Notes: generated from the letters alone by a model not told the origin. DNA of 64,000 nt from Oscillospiraceae bacterium (GCA_015068445.1 SVKN01000003.1:3088-67087); one strand, 5' to 3'. Shown: positions 1 to 9,127, counted from the stretch's first letter. Numbers and translations are program-made.

Positions 1-1
1 C

Positions 2-727
2 AACAGCAGTGCCTTCCGTCTCGATCCCGACATCCCCCTTGTGGTGCCGGAGATCAACCCGGAGGACGCTCTTCGCCACAACGGCATCATCGCCAACCCC
101 AACTGCTCCACGATCATCGCACTGATGGCGCTCTACCCCATCGCGGCGCTGAGCCCCATCAAGACCATCGTCGCCTCCACCTACCAGGCGGTGTCCGGCG
201 CGGGCGTGGGCGGCATCCGGGAGCTGGAGGAGCAAACGGCGGCATTGAGCCGCGGCGAGACCGTCAAGTGCGAGACGTTCCCCTATCAGATCGCCCAAAA
301 CCTGATCCCCCAGATCGGCGGGTTCAATGAGAACGGCTACACCACCGAGGAGATGAAGATGCAGAACGAGGGGCGCAAGATCCTGCATGCCCCCGAGATG
401 CTCGTCTCCTGCACCTGCGTGCGCGTGCCCGTGGTCCGCTCCCACTCCATCGCGCTGAACGTCGTCACGGAGCGCCCCGTCTCCCCTGCCGAGGCCGCCG
501 AGGTCATCGCAAAGGCCAAGGGCATCAAGCTGACCGACGACCCGCAGAACCTTGTCTACCCCATGCCGCTGGACACCAGCGACCAGGACCTCGTGTTCGT
601 CGGCCGCATCCGCAGGGATCTGACGAACGAGAACGGCCTGTGCCTGTGGTGCTGCGGCGACCAGATCCGCAAGGGCGCCGCCGGCAATGCCGTGCAGATC
701 GCCGAGCTGCTGATCGCGAACAGGTAA
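2..727 (+). CDS. asd: aspartate-semialdehyde dehydrogenase, C-terminal part (5' end outside window)
   Basis: Frame is open from base 2 (NSSAFRLDPDIPLVVPEINPEDA). Motifs IIANPNCSTI, YQAVSGAG and DQIRKGAAGNAVQIAE are typical of Asd. Confidence 0.9.
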   Translation, partial: NSSAFRLDPDIPLVVPEINPEDALRHNGIIANPNCSTIIALMALYPIAALSPIKTIVASTYQAVSGAGVGGIRELEEQTAALSRGETVKCETFPYQIAQNLIPQIGGFNENGYTTEEMKMQNEGRKILHAPEMLVSCTCVRVPVVRSHSIALNVVTERPVSPAEAAEVIAKAKGIKLTDDPQNLVYPMPLDTSDQDLVFVGRIRRDLTNENGLCLWCCGDQIRKGAAGNAVQIAELLIANR

Positions 728-741
728 GTTTTCAGTAAATC

Positions 742-770
742 AAAAAGGGACGCACTCGCGTCCCTTTTCT
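742..770. terminator. bidirectional intrinsic terminator between asd and the small membrane protein gene
   Basis: GGGACGC-ACTC-GCGTCCC stem flanked by an A-run and a T-run. Confidence 0.7.
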
Positions 771-778
771 TTTGTCTG

Positions 779-1009
779 TTATTCCTCCACGCCGGGATCC
801 TCGTCCTGATGCAGCGCCTTACGCCGTCTTTTGGCGGTGAGCGTATAGTTCAGCCACCAGATCGCGGCACATACCACGTTCAGAGAGAAGAAAAAGATGT
901 CTGTCTTGTATTCCTGATAGAACAGGCCCAGCACGACGCGGATCGTCCAGATGACGGCGCACAGCAAAAAAGCGATCATCTGAAACCGCGACGGTGATTT
1001 CTGCTTCAT
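779..1009 (-). CDS. small hypothetical membrane protein (76 aa, two hydrophobic helices)
   Basis: ORF has two hydrophobic segments (IAFLLCAVIWTIRVVLGLF and FFFSLNVVCAAIWWL). No family recognised. Confidence 0.45.
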   Translation of the reverse strand: MKQKSPSRFQMIAFLLCAVIWTIRVVLGLFYQEYKTDIFFFSLNVVCAAIWWLNYTLTAKRRRKALHQDEDPGVEE

Positions 1010-1087
1010 CGGTCATCGCTCCTTTATTCAAAGAGAAAAGCGGACCGCCGGATGGCGGTCCGCTTTCAAAAACTCAAGTAATCCTGA

Positions 1088-2038
1088 TTACTCGGTCAGG
1101 AAGCAGGCAACAAAGTGGCCGCTTTCGATCTCGCGCAGCTGAGGCTCCTCAGAACGGCACCGATCGGTGGCGTACTGGCAGCGGTTGGCGAAACGGCAGA
1201 TCGGCTCGGGGTTGATGGGGGAGGTGATCTCGCCCTTCAGCAGGATACGATCCTTCTTGCCGCCGACCTTGGGGATAGGAATAGCGGACAGCAGAGCCTG
1301 GGTGTACGGATGGACCGGGTTGGAGAACAGGACCTCAGAGGGAGCCTTCTCGATCAGACGGCCCAGGTACATAACGGCGATATCATCGGAGAAGTGGTTG
1401 ACGACCGACAGGTCATGGGTGATGAACATGTAGGTCAGGCCGCGCTGCTCCTGGATCTCGCCCATCAGGTTCAGGATCTGAGCCTGAATGGAAACGTCCA
1501 GAGCGGAAACCGGCTCGTCGCAGACGATGAACTTGGGGTCCAGCGCCAGGGCGCGGGCGATACCGATACGCTGACGGCGGCCGCCGTCCAGCTCGTGGGG
1601 ATACGTGTTGACGTAACGCTCGGCCAGGCCGACGGTCTCCATGATCTCCAGAACCTTCTGCGTGCGCTCCTGCTCATTGGGATACACGTTGTGCAGCTTC
1701 AGGGGCTCTTCGATGGTCTGGCTGACCGTTCTTCTGGGGTTCAGAGAGGAGAACGGGTCCTGGAAGATGATCTGCATCTCCTTGCGCTTGGCGCGGAGCT
1801 GAGCAGCGTTGAGCTTGGCGACGTCCTCGCCTTCAAACAGGACCTGGCCGCCGGTGGGCTCCAGCAGTCTCAGGATGGCACGGCCAGTGGTGGACTTGCC
1901 GCAGCCGGACTCACCGACGACGCCAAGGGTCTTGCCCTTTTCGATCGTGAAGGTGACGTCGTCAACGGCGTGCAGCAGACCGCGCTTCGTGGTAAAGTAT
2001 TTTTTTAAGCCCTTTACATCAAGTAATACTTCGCTCAT
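1088..2038 (-). CDS. oppF: oligopeptide/dipeptide-family ABC transporter ATP-binding protein
   Basis: Walker A GESGCGKST, signature LDGGRRQR, Walker B FIVCDEPVSALD, and an Opp-type C-terminal Cys-rich tail. Overlaps oppD by 4 nt. Confidence 0.85.
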   Translation of the reverse strand: MSEVLLDVKGLKKYFTTKRGLLHAVDDVTFTIEKGKTLGVVGESGCGKSTTGRAILRLLEPTGGQVLFEGEDVAKLNAAQLRAKRKEMQIIFQDPFSSLNPRRTVSQTIEEPLKLHNVYPNEQERTQKVLEIMETVGLAERYVNTYPHELDGGRRQRIGIARALALDPKFIVCDEPVSALDVSIQAQILNLMGEIQEQRGLTYMFITHDLSVVNHFSDDIAVMYLGRLIEKAPSEVLFSNPVHPYTQALLSAIPIPKVGGKKDRILLKGEITSPINPEPICRFANRCQYATDRCRSEEPQLREIESGHFVACFLTE

Positions 2039-3039
2039 TTGCCAATCTTCCCTCCATCTTTCACGCTCTGCTCATCATACAGATGGCATTCAACGTAATG
2101 TGTCTCGTTCCTGTAAACCCTCTTGGGCTTCACGGTCTTGCAGATCTCCATGGCGTAATCGCAGCGGGGATAGAAGACGCAGCCTTCAGGCAGGTTGGTC
2201 GGGTCAGGCATCAGGCCCTTGATCGGGCGGAGCTTGGCCGTTCTGTTATCCAGATCGGGCAGCGAACGGAACAGGCCTTCGGTGTAGGGATGCCTCGTGT
2301 AGTTGAAGACGTCCTCCAGGGAGCCATGCTCGATGACGTGGCCGCCGTAAACGACGGAGACGTCGTCGCAGATCTCGGCGACGATGCCGAGGTCGTGGGT
2401 GATCATCATCATGGAGGTCTTATACTTTTCCTTCAGACCCTTCATCATTTCCAGAACCTGCGCCTGGATCGTAACGTCCAGAGCGGTGGTGGGCTCGTCG
2501 GCGATCAGCAGGGCGGGCGAGCAGGCAAGCGCGATAGCGATAACGACGCGCTGCTTCATGCCGCCGGAGAACTGGTGCGGATACTCGGGGCCGCGCTCGC
2601 CGGGGATGCCGACCAGCTCGAGCATTTCCTTGGCTCTCTGGATGGCGCCGGCGTGGTTGACGTCCTCATGCAGCTCGATAACCTCGGCGATCTGCTCCTC
2701 GACGGTGATAACGGGGTTCAGCGAGGTCATGGGATCCTGGAAGATCATCGAAACAGCCTTGCCGCGGAGCTTCTGCATCTCGGCTTCGGAGATTTCGAAA
2801 ATGTTCTGGCCGTTCAGCTTGATCGTGCCCTTGGTGATGACGCCGGGAGGGCTGGGGATCAGGCGGAGGATGGACAGGCCGGTGGTGGTCTTGCCGGCGC
2901 CGGTCTCACCGACCAGGCCCAGCGTCTTGCCTTCTTCGATCTCAAGCTCCATGTCGTTCAGCGCCTTGACGACGCCGGCGTCGGTCTTGAACTCTACGCA
3001 AAGGTCTTTAATCTCAACAGAATATTTCTTTTCACTCAT
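2035..3039 (-). CDS. oppD: oligopeptide/dipeptide-family ABC transporter ATP-binding protein
   Basis: Walker A GETGAGKT, signature FSGGMKQR, Walker B LLIADEPTTALD, and an OppD-like C-terminal extension. Confidence 0.85.
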   Translation of the reverse strand: MSEKKYSVEIKDLCVEFKTDAGVVKALNDMELEIEEGKTLGLVGETGAGKTTTGLSILRLIPSPPGVITKGTIKLNGQNIFEISEAEMQKLRGKAVSMIFQDPMTSLNPVITVEEQIAEVIELHEDVNHAGAIQRAKEMLELVGIPGERGPEYPHQFSGGMKQRVVIAIALACSPALLIADEPTTALDVTIQAQVLEMMKGLKEKYKTSMMMITHDLGIVAEICDDVSVVYGGHVIEHGSLEDVFNYTRHPYTEGLFRSLPDLDNRTAKLRPIKGLMPDPTNLPEGCVFYPRCDYAMEICKTVKPKRVYRNETHYVECHLYDEQSVKDGGKIGK

Positions 3040-3054
3040 GTTTGTAGCGCCCCC

Positions 3055-3951
3055 TTATTTCAGCTTCGGGTCAAGAGCGTCACGCAAACCGTCGCCCAGC
3101 AGGTTCAGGCTGAGGATGGTGATCATGATCGCAAGGCCCGGGAATAAGCACATGTAGCTGTTGTCACGGATATAGGCACGGGCATTGGTCAGCAGAGCGC
3201 CCCATTCGGGATGAGGAGCGGGAACGCCGAGGCCCAGGAACGACAGACCGGCGGCCGACAGGATAACGCTGGCGACACGGAGGGTCGACTGGACGATGAT
3301 AGGAGCCATGCCGTTGGGCAGCACGTGCTTGAAGATGATCGTGCGGTCGTTGGCGCCGATGGCGCGGGCGGCCTCGACGTACTCCTGGTCTTTAACGGTC
3401 AGGACCGAGGAACGTACGATACGGGACATGCCCGGGATACCGGAGATCGAAAGGGCGATGATCAGGTTGCGGATGCTGGAGCCCAGGGAGGCGACGATGG
3501 CGATGGCCAGCAGCGTACCGGGGATAGCCAGCAGAACGTCCATGAAACGCATGATGATGTTATCGATCTTGCCGCCGTAGAAACCGGCCATAGCGCCCAG
3601 GACGATGCCGAGGACCAGGGAGGTCACGGCGCCTGTGAAGCCGATCAGCAGGGAGTACTTCGCGCCGTAGCAGACACGGGCGAAAATGTCGCGGCCCATC
3701 TCATCGGTGCCGAACCAATGCTCGGCGGAGGGGGACTGCAGACGGTTCATGATGTCCTGCTTGATGACCTGGGTCTCATAGTCATGCAGGGCGTCGGCGA
3801 AGATCGCCATGAACAGAAGCAGGATGACGACGATCGCGCCGGCCGTAGCGGACTTGTTGCGGAGCAGACGCTTGAAGATTTCCTTGAACTGACTCTGCTT
3901 TTTATATTTTTGTTTCAGATCAGCTACGTTTGTGTTCTTGTTCTCACTCAT
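3055..3951 (-). CDS. oppC: oligopeptide/dipeptide-family ABC transporter permease
   Basis: BPD-type permease with an EAA-like loop (YVEAARAIGANDRTIIFKHVLPN) and multiple TM segments. Confidence 0.85.
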   Translation of the reverse strand: MSENKNTNVADLKQKYKKQSQFKEIFKRLLRNKSATAGAIVVILLLFMAIFADALHDYETQVIKQDIMNRLQSPSAEHWFGTDEMGRDIFARVCYGAKYSLLIGFTGAVTSLVLGIVLGAMAGFYGGKIDNIIMRFMDVLLAIPGTLLAIAIVASLGSSIRNLIIALSISGIPGMSRIVRSSVLTVKDQEYVEAARAIGANDRTIIFKHVLPNGMAPIIVQSTLRVASVILSAAGLSFLGLGVPAPHPEWGALLTNARAYIRDNSYMCLFPGLAIMITILSLNLLGDGLRDALDPKLK

Positions 3952-3969
3952 CTTGTTAGCACCTCCCGA

Positions 3970-4896
3970 TTATTTGTACTGAGACTTGATTCGCGGATCG
4001 ATAAAGCCGTACAGGATATCGACGATCAGGTTGACGATCGAGAAGGAGACCGAGAACATGATAACACATCCGAGAACCATGGGGATGTCACGCTTGTTGA
4101 TGGACTGGACCATCAGACGGCCGATGCCGGGCCATGCGAAGACGGACTCGGTCATGACAGAGCCGCCGAGCATGCCGCCGAACTGAATACCGATGACCGT
4201 GACGGTGGGGATCAGGGCGTTCTTCAGAGCGTGCTTGGTGATGACCTTGTTCTCAGACACGCCCTTGGCGCGAGCCGTGCGGATATAGTCGGCACGAATG
4301 ACCTCGAGCATGGAGGAACGGGTGACACGGGCAATGGCGGCCATGTGCTGGAAGCCCAGGGTGACGCCGGGAAGGACAAGCGACTTGAAGCCCTCGGAGC
4401 CGGAGGAGGGCAGCCAACCCAATCTCAGGGAGAAGAGCAGAATCAGCAGCATGCCGAGCCAGAAAACAGGCATCGACAGACCGAGCAGAGCGACGAACAT
4501 GCTGACGCCGTCAAACACGGAGTTCTGATGAACGGCGGCCAGGATACCGATGGGCAGCGCCAGGATGATGGACAGGCTGACGGCCGTGACGGTCAGGCGC
4601 AGGGTGTTGGGGAAGCGGGCAAAGATCTCGGTCGCGCAGTTCAGACCGGAGTTGTAGGAAGTGCCCATATCGCCCCTCAGCAGATTGAGAATGTAGCGGG
4701 CGTACTGGATCAGAACGGGATCGTTGAGGTGCATTTCCTCACGCAGCGCCGCGATCTGCTCCGGGGTAGCCTGTTCACCAAGGATAACCTTGGCGGGATC
4801 GCCGGGCGCCATGTTCATGATCAGGTAAATGATCAGTGTGACGCCCAGAAGAACAGGAACCATTGCGATGAGTCGTTTAACGATGAATTTCCACAT
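3970..4896 (-). CDS. oppB: oligopeptide/dipeptide-family ABC transporter permease
   Basis: Typical OppB/DppB N-terminus MWKFIVKRLIAMVPVLLGVTLIIY and EAA loop DYIRTARAKGVSENKVITKHALKNA. SD AAGGAGGAAAC precedes the ATG. Confidence 0.85.
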   Translation of the reverse strand: MWKFIVKRLIAMVPVLLGVTLIIYLIMNMAPGDPAKVILGEQATPEQIAALREEMHLNDPVLIQYARYILNLLRGDMGTSYNSGLNCATEIFARFPNTLRLTVTAVSLSIILALPIGILAAVHQNSVFDGVSMFVALLGLSMPVFWLGMLLILLFSLRLGWLPSSGSEGFKSLVLPGVTLGFQHMAAIARVTRSSMLEVIRADYIRTARAKGVSENKVITKHALKNALIPTVTVIGIQFGGMLGGSVMTESVFAWPGIGRLMVQSINKRDIPMVLGCVIMFSVSFSIVNLIVDILYGFIDPRIKSQYK

Positions 4897-4984
4897 GTTT
4901 CCTCCTTGAGTTTTTCATTGTACCGGTTGCCCGATACAAGATGATACTTTGTCGATCGGCTCATATAAATATATTAGTCAGTCG

Positions 4985-5018
4985 GCAAAATAATCGCTGT
5001 CTGCCCCCGGCAAACAGC
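4985..5018 (-). terminator. intrinsic terminator inside the opp 5' leader (candidate attenuator)
   Basis: Minus strand reads GCTGTTTGCC-GGG-GGCAGACAGC followed by GAUUAUUUUG. It lies about 90 nt upstream of the oppB ATG. Confidence 0.45.
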
Positions 5019-5160
5019 ATTAAAAACCGGATCACGGCATCACTTTTGGCCATGTCGAACGGAAAAACCCACCATAGCCGACCCAACGTCCTGTCACGAC
5101 GCCAGGCCCCGCCGACATCACCGAAAAAGGATGACCGCTCGCCGATCTTTGAATAATGCT

Positions 5161-5189
5161 ATTATACACACATAAGCGTCTCTTTGCAA
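5161..5189 (-). promoter_or_regulatory. sigma-70-type promoter of the opp operon
   Basis: Minus strand reads TTGCAA - 17 nt - TATAAT. The predicted transcript has a leader of about 255 nt. Confidence 0.5.
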
Positions 5190-5456
5190 TGAAAATCTTC
5201 CAGCCGATTGCGCTTTCTTGCATTTTTGAGAAAAAAATATCTGATTTTTTGTGCAGCTTCACCATTTTTCGATTTTATTCATTAACAATATCCACAAACT
5301 GGATATTCATTTTGCACAGATTCTTCCTGTTACCGGTTTGTAATTTAGTACGAAATGACCAGAAACAGGCAGGGTCTGAGTGGGTATAATAACGGTTACA
5401 AAAGGTTGCAAAATGGTAACAAATCGTGTAAACTGAGCGGGTAAAGGAGTGAGTCC

Positions 5457-6431
5457 ATGAAAAAGCACCGATCTCTGGCGGCTTTTATTGTGATTTGTTC
5501 ACTGTTCGTTCTGCCGGTCAGCGCCGCCGAAGAAGCGCCGCGCATCGTATTTGCCGACGCGCCGGCCGCCGCGGCCGAGGCCGTGCAGACCATAACGAGA
5601 AAGCTGTTGATCCCCTACGGCGTCGGTCCCGGCGCGGGCGGTTCCGATCTGGACGCCGTCGCAGAGGGCTATTTCGCCGTCGAATCCATCGCCATCACCG
5701 CCGCGGCGCCCGTCTCCGGCGCGTCCGCCGCTATCCGCACCCGCCTGAAGGAGGCGGGGACCTACGTCTCGCTGGACGATTTTCTGGCCGAGGCCGCCGA
5801 GGACAGCCAGCTGGACTACGGCAAATACACTGTCACCGCCACGGCGGGCGGCCATCGCATGGAGTTCCCCAAGGGCGTCTGGTACTGCAAGATCGACGGC
5901 AGGGTCCTGCCCATGAGCGAATCCTGCTTCGAGGAGGACGGATGTCTTTTCGTCCCCATCCGCGTGCTGGCCCCCGTGTTTTCCTATGATATCGAATGGG
6001 ACGCGGAGACCCGCGCCGTCACGCTGACGGACAACGGTCAGCCGTTTTTGACCGGCGACCAGTTCTATAACCAGAGCGACTGCACGCTGCTGGCCAAGCT
6101 GATCCGCGCCGAGGCGGGCAACCAGTCCCTCACCGGCAAGATCGCCGTGGGCAACGTGGTGCTCAACCGCGTGCGCAGCAAGATGTTCCCCAACTCCATC
6201 AAATCCGTCATTTACGACCGCAGCAGCGGCATCCAGTTCACCACGGCCTACAACGGCGCCATCGACAAGAGCCCCACCGAGGAGTGCATCGTGGCCGCCA
6301 AGCTGTGCCTGGAGGGCTATTCGGTCACCGAAAGCAGCCTGTTCTTCTTCAATCCACGGTATCCGTCCAGATGGATCAAGAACAACAGGACCTACGTTAT
6401 GACCATCGGCGACCACGTCTTTTATAAATAA
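5457..6431 (+). CDS. secreted cell-wall hydrolase, SleB-like catalytic domain with copper-amine-oxidase-N-like domain
   Basis: Signal peptide MKKHRSLAAFIVICSLFVLPVSA. Central CLFVPIRVLAPVFSYDIEWDAETRAVTL stalk-type domain. C-terminal LIRAEAGNQSLTGKIAVGNVVLNRV...IQFTTAYNG matches SleB/Hydrolase_2. Confidence 0.8.
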   Translation: MKKHRSLAAFIVICSLFVLPVSAAEEAPRIVFADAPAAAAEAVQTITRKLLIPYGVGPGAGGSDLDAVAEGYFAVESIAITAAAPVSGASAAIRTRLKEAGTYVSLDDFLAEAAEDSQLDYGKYTVTATAGGHRMEFPKGVWYCKIDGRVLPMSESCFEEDGCLFVPIRVLAPVFSYDIEWDAETRAVTLTDNGQPFLTGDQFYNQSDCTLLAKLIRAEAGNQSLTGKIAVGNVVLNRVRSKMFPNSIKSVIYDRSSGIQFTTAYNGAIDKSPTEECIVAAKLCLEGYSVTESSLFFFNPRYPSRWIKNNRTYVMTIGDHVFYK

Positions 6432-6462
6432 GCAGCACACGAACAAATCACACGAACCGCAA

Positions 6463-6485
6463 GGGAGAGGCCAACGGCCTCTCCC
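6463..6485 (+). terminator. hairpin copy A (terminator of the SleB-like gene), identical to copy B
   Basis: GGGAGAGGCC-AAC-GGCCTCTCCC, a 10-bp perfect stem. The downstream sequence ATTATTG is only weakly T-rich. Confidence 0.55.
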
Positions 6486-6714
6486 ATTATTGTACTATTT
6501 GTATATTGTATGCATAACGTACTTTCACTGAGCAACAAATCTGTTTTTTTGCGGACATGCGCCGCCAAAAAAACACCTTTACCGTGAGCGCAGCGAACCC
6601 TCGCGCCGACCAACTGAGGCGAAGCCGAAGGCGATCAGCGCGAGTAACCTCGCAGGAAGACCCAGCGAAGCGGTCTTCCTGCGAAGCGTGTCGCATGGAT
6701 CGACACGCTCGCAC

Positions 6715-6746
6715 GGGAGAGGCCAACGGCCTCTCCCCTTTTTCTT
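6715..6746 (+). terminator. hairpin copy B with T-run (better intrinsic terminator)
   Basis: The same 23-nt GGGAGAGGCCAACGGCCTCTCCC sequence, followed by CTTTTTCTT. Confidence 0.6.
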
Positions 6747-6791
6747 GCGCATCGGGCAAGGATAGGTTATGATGGTAAGAGAGGTGAGCAC

Positions 6792-7655
6792 ATGGAGACC
6801 GGCAAAAAGCGCGGATATCTCAACGAGGACTTCCGCATCTTCCACCTGCGGGACCGGGAGGCGCCCCAGGTGGACTACCATTATCACGAGTTCGACAAGC
6901 TTGTGCTGCTGCTGTCCGGCGGCGTGACTTACAACATCGAGGGCCGCGCCTGGCTGATGAAGCCCGGTGACCTGCTGTTCGTGCCCCACGGGGCCATCCA
7001 CAAGCCTCTGATCGTCCCGGAGGAGGAGTACGAGCGGTACGTCATCTGGTGTACGCCGTCGTTTCTCGACCGCTGGGAGCGGCCCGAGGGGCGGCTGTCG
7101 GTGTGCTTCGACCGCGCGGAGGCGCCGGAGGGGCGGCTGTGCCCGCTGGATCTGGGCACCCGCGCCGAGCTGCTGCGGCAGCTGTCATCGATCCAGGAGG
7201 CGCAGCGGTCAGGGCAGTATCTGTCCGCGCTGGCGGCGGAAAGCCAGTTCGTTTCGTTCATGATCGCCGTATGCCGGATCTTCCTCTCCGCCGGCGACAC
7301 CAGCCGCGACGCCGCCGTGGACCCGAAGATCACGGGCGTCATGGAGTACATCGAGCGCAATCTGGACGGCGACCTGTCGGTGGAAAAGCTGTCGTCGGTG
7401 TTCTACATCAGCCGCTACCACCTCATGCGGCGCTTCAAGGCCCAGAGCGGCTACACCCTGCACCAGTACGTCACGCGCCGCCGCATCCTGACGGCGGCGG
7501 GCCTCATCGGCCGCGGCACGCCCGTGGCAAAGGCGGCGGAGCAGTGCGGGTACGAGGACTATTCCGCTTTCCTGCGCGCCTTCAAGTCGATCTTCAAGGT
7601 CAGCCCGCGGAGCTTCTCTTCCCTCTCCAGCAAAAAGGATATTTATAATGAATAG
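6792..7655 (+). CDS. AraC-family transcriptional regulator (cupin N-domain plus HTH_AraC)
   Basis: N-terminal cupin (HYHEFDKLVLLLSGGVTYNIEG...GDLLFVPHGAIH). C-terminal ISRYHLMRRFKAQSGYTLHQYVTRRRI...GYEDYSAFLRAFKSIFKVSP. Confidence 0.85.
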   Translation: METGKKRGYLNEDFRIFHLRDREAPQVDYHYHEFDKLVLLLSGGVTYNIEGRAWLMKPGDLLFVPHGAIHKPLIVPEEEYERYVIWCTPSFLDRWERPEGRLSVCFDRAEAPEGRLCPLDLGTRAELLRQLSSIQEAQRSGQYLSALAAESQFVSFMIAVCRIFLSAGDTSRDAAVDPKITGVMEYIERNLDGDLSVEKLSSVFYISRYHLMRRFKAQSGYTLHQYVTRRRILTAAGLIGRGTPVAKAAEQCGYEDYSAFLRAFKSIFKVSPRSFSSLSSKKDIYNE

Positions 7656-7658
7656 TTC

Positions 7659-7692
7659 AAGGGCCCGTGCCATCGGCACGGGCCCTCTTTCT
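7659..7692. terminator. bidirectional terminator between the AraC gene and yerC
   Basis: GGGCCCGTGCC-ATC-GGCACGGGCCC, an 11-bp stem followed by TCTTTCTTT. Confidence 0.7.
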
Positions 7693-7986
7693 TTACTTCT
7701 CTTTCAGTCTGTCAAATACGACCTTATACCCGTCCGCGCCGAACTGGAGGCTCCTGTTGACGCGCGAGATGGTCGCGGTGGAGGCCCCCGTTTTGTTTGC
7801 AATGGCAGTGTACGTCATCCCCTCACGGAGCATCCATGCGACTTCAAAGCGCTGTGAAATGGCCTTGAGCTCACTGACCGTACAGATGTCCTCGAAGAAC
7901 CGGTAGCACTCCTCCAGATCCTCCAGGGATAAGACAGCCTGAAACAGGCGGTCGGTCTCCGGACTTTGCAATTTGCTCTTATACAT
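7693..7986 (-). CDS. yerC: YerC/YecD-family Trp-repressor-like protein
   Basis: LFQAVLSLEDLEECYRFFEDICTVSELKAISQRFEVAWML..GMTYTAIANKTGASTATISRVNRSL is the YerC/YecD signature. The MYKSK start (97 aa) is preferred over the tracked start at 8049, which has no SD. Confidence 0.8.
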   Translation of the reverse strand: MYKSKLQSPETDRLFQAVLSLEDLEECYRFFEDICTVSELKAISQRFEVAWMLREGMTYTAIANKTGASTATISRVNRSLQFGADGYKVVFDRLKEK

Positions 7987-8184
7987 CACGCACCCGCTTT
8001 CGGATTTATTGAACAGTTCACATAATGTGTTATTATCATAGCACATCACCGCGCAAAAAGAAACGGATGATTTTCACCTTTTCATATTTTTGTCACAATT
8101 GCTGTTTCAAAGGCTATTTTTCGTCATTTTGCACAGCTCTTTTTCTCATTTGAGCCTTTTTTTGTATTGAGTGCTTGAAAGCTT

Positions 8185-9018
8185 TTACGTGCGATAGTGC
8201 TTCTTCAGCAGGGCGATCTCCCGGGCGTAGCCGTCCAGCTCATTGGGCGTCTCCAGATAAAAGGGCAGCTCGCGCAGGGACGGATGGTTGATGATCCGCT
8301 CCACGGCCGCCAGGCCCAGAGCGCCCTCGCCGATCTTTTCGTGACGGTCCTTGTGGGCGGACATAGGATTTTTGCTGTCGTTGAGGTGGATGGCCTTTAA
8401 ACGGTCCAGTCCGATGATCCGGTCGAACTGCTCCAGCACGCCGTCCAGGTCGTTGACGATATCGTAGCCGCCCTCCCAGACGTGGCAGGTGTCGAGGCAG
8501 ACGCCCATCTTGTCGCTGAGCTCCACGCGATCGAGGATCGCCTTCAGCTCTTCGAAGGTGCGGCCGATCTCGCTGCCCTTGCCCGCCATGGTCTCCAGCA
8601 GCACGGTGGTGTGCATCCCGGGCCAGAGGATGTCGTTGAGCATGGCAACGATGAAGTCGGTGCCGACCTCCACGCCCTGCTTGACATGGCTGCCGGGATG
8701 GAAGTTGTAGCAGTTGCCCGGCAGGTACTCCAGCCGCTGCAGGTCGTCCAGCATGGTGTTCCGGGCGAAATCGCGCAGGCCGGGATCGGCCGCGCAGGCG
8801 TTCAGCGTGTAAGGCGCGTGGCAGAGGATGTGCGCGATGTCATGCTCCGCGGCGAAATCGCGGTAGGCCGCCATGTCGTCGGGGTCCAGCGGCTTCGCCG
8901 AGCCGCCCCGGGGATTGCGGGAGAAAAACTGAAAGGTGTTGGCGCCGATGGAGGCCGCTTCCCTGCCCATGGCCAGATACCCTTTCGATACCGATAAATG
9001 ACAGCCGATCCTGAACAT
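8185..9018 (-). CDS. nfo: deoxyribonuclease IV (endonuclease IV)
   Basis: [13 protein letters not shown]...[44 protein letters not shown] and HLNDSK match the Nfo TIM-barrel metal-site motifs. Start placed at MFRIG, downstream of AAAGGAG. Confidence 0.85.
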   Translation of the reverse strand: MFRIGCHLSVSKGYLAMGREAASIGANTFQFFSRNPRGGSAKPLDPDDMAAYRDFAAEHDIAHILCHAPYTLNACAADPGLRDFARNTMLDDLQRLEYLPGNCYNFHPGSHVKQGVEVGTDFIVAMLNDILWPGMHTTVLLETMAGKGSEIGRTFEELKAILDRVELSDKMGVCLDTCHVWEGGYDIVNDLDGVLEQFDRIIGLDRLKAIHLNDSKNPMSAHKDRHEKIGEGALGLAAVERIINHPSLRELPFYLETPNELDGYAREIALLKKHYRT

Positions 9019-9127
9019 GACCGATCCGCTCCTTTTCTGTTCGTATTCTGTGGACATCATACCACATCTCCCCCGCTTTCGTCCACGGAATCGGTGAAAT
9101 TACCCGAAAAGTTTTTTGAAAAAGGGC

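Noticed and set aside
3211-4944. Very long ORFs antisense to well-supported genes. Examples: 3211-4944(+), 10927-13998(-), 14380-16542(-), 16766-19819(+), 49708-54207(+), 57572-60313(+), 61649-62929(-).
   Set aside because: Their translations are low-complexity and rich in Arg/Gly/Asp/Ala/His, with no recognisable motifs. The opposite strand in each case encodes a protein with clear family signatures and SD sites. Stop-poor antisense frames are expected at this GC content.
5032-5265. 77-aa minus-strand ORF, and its 28-codon tail (MSAGPGVVTGRWVGYGGFFRSTWPKVMP), in the opp leader as a leader peptide.
   Set aside because: There is no SD, no codon bias toward any one amino acid, and the ORF spans the predicted promoter. 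It is treated as non-coding leader.
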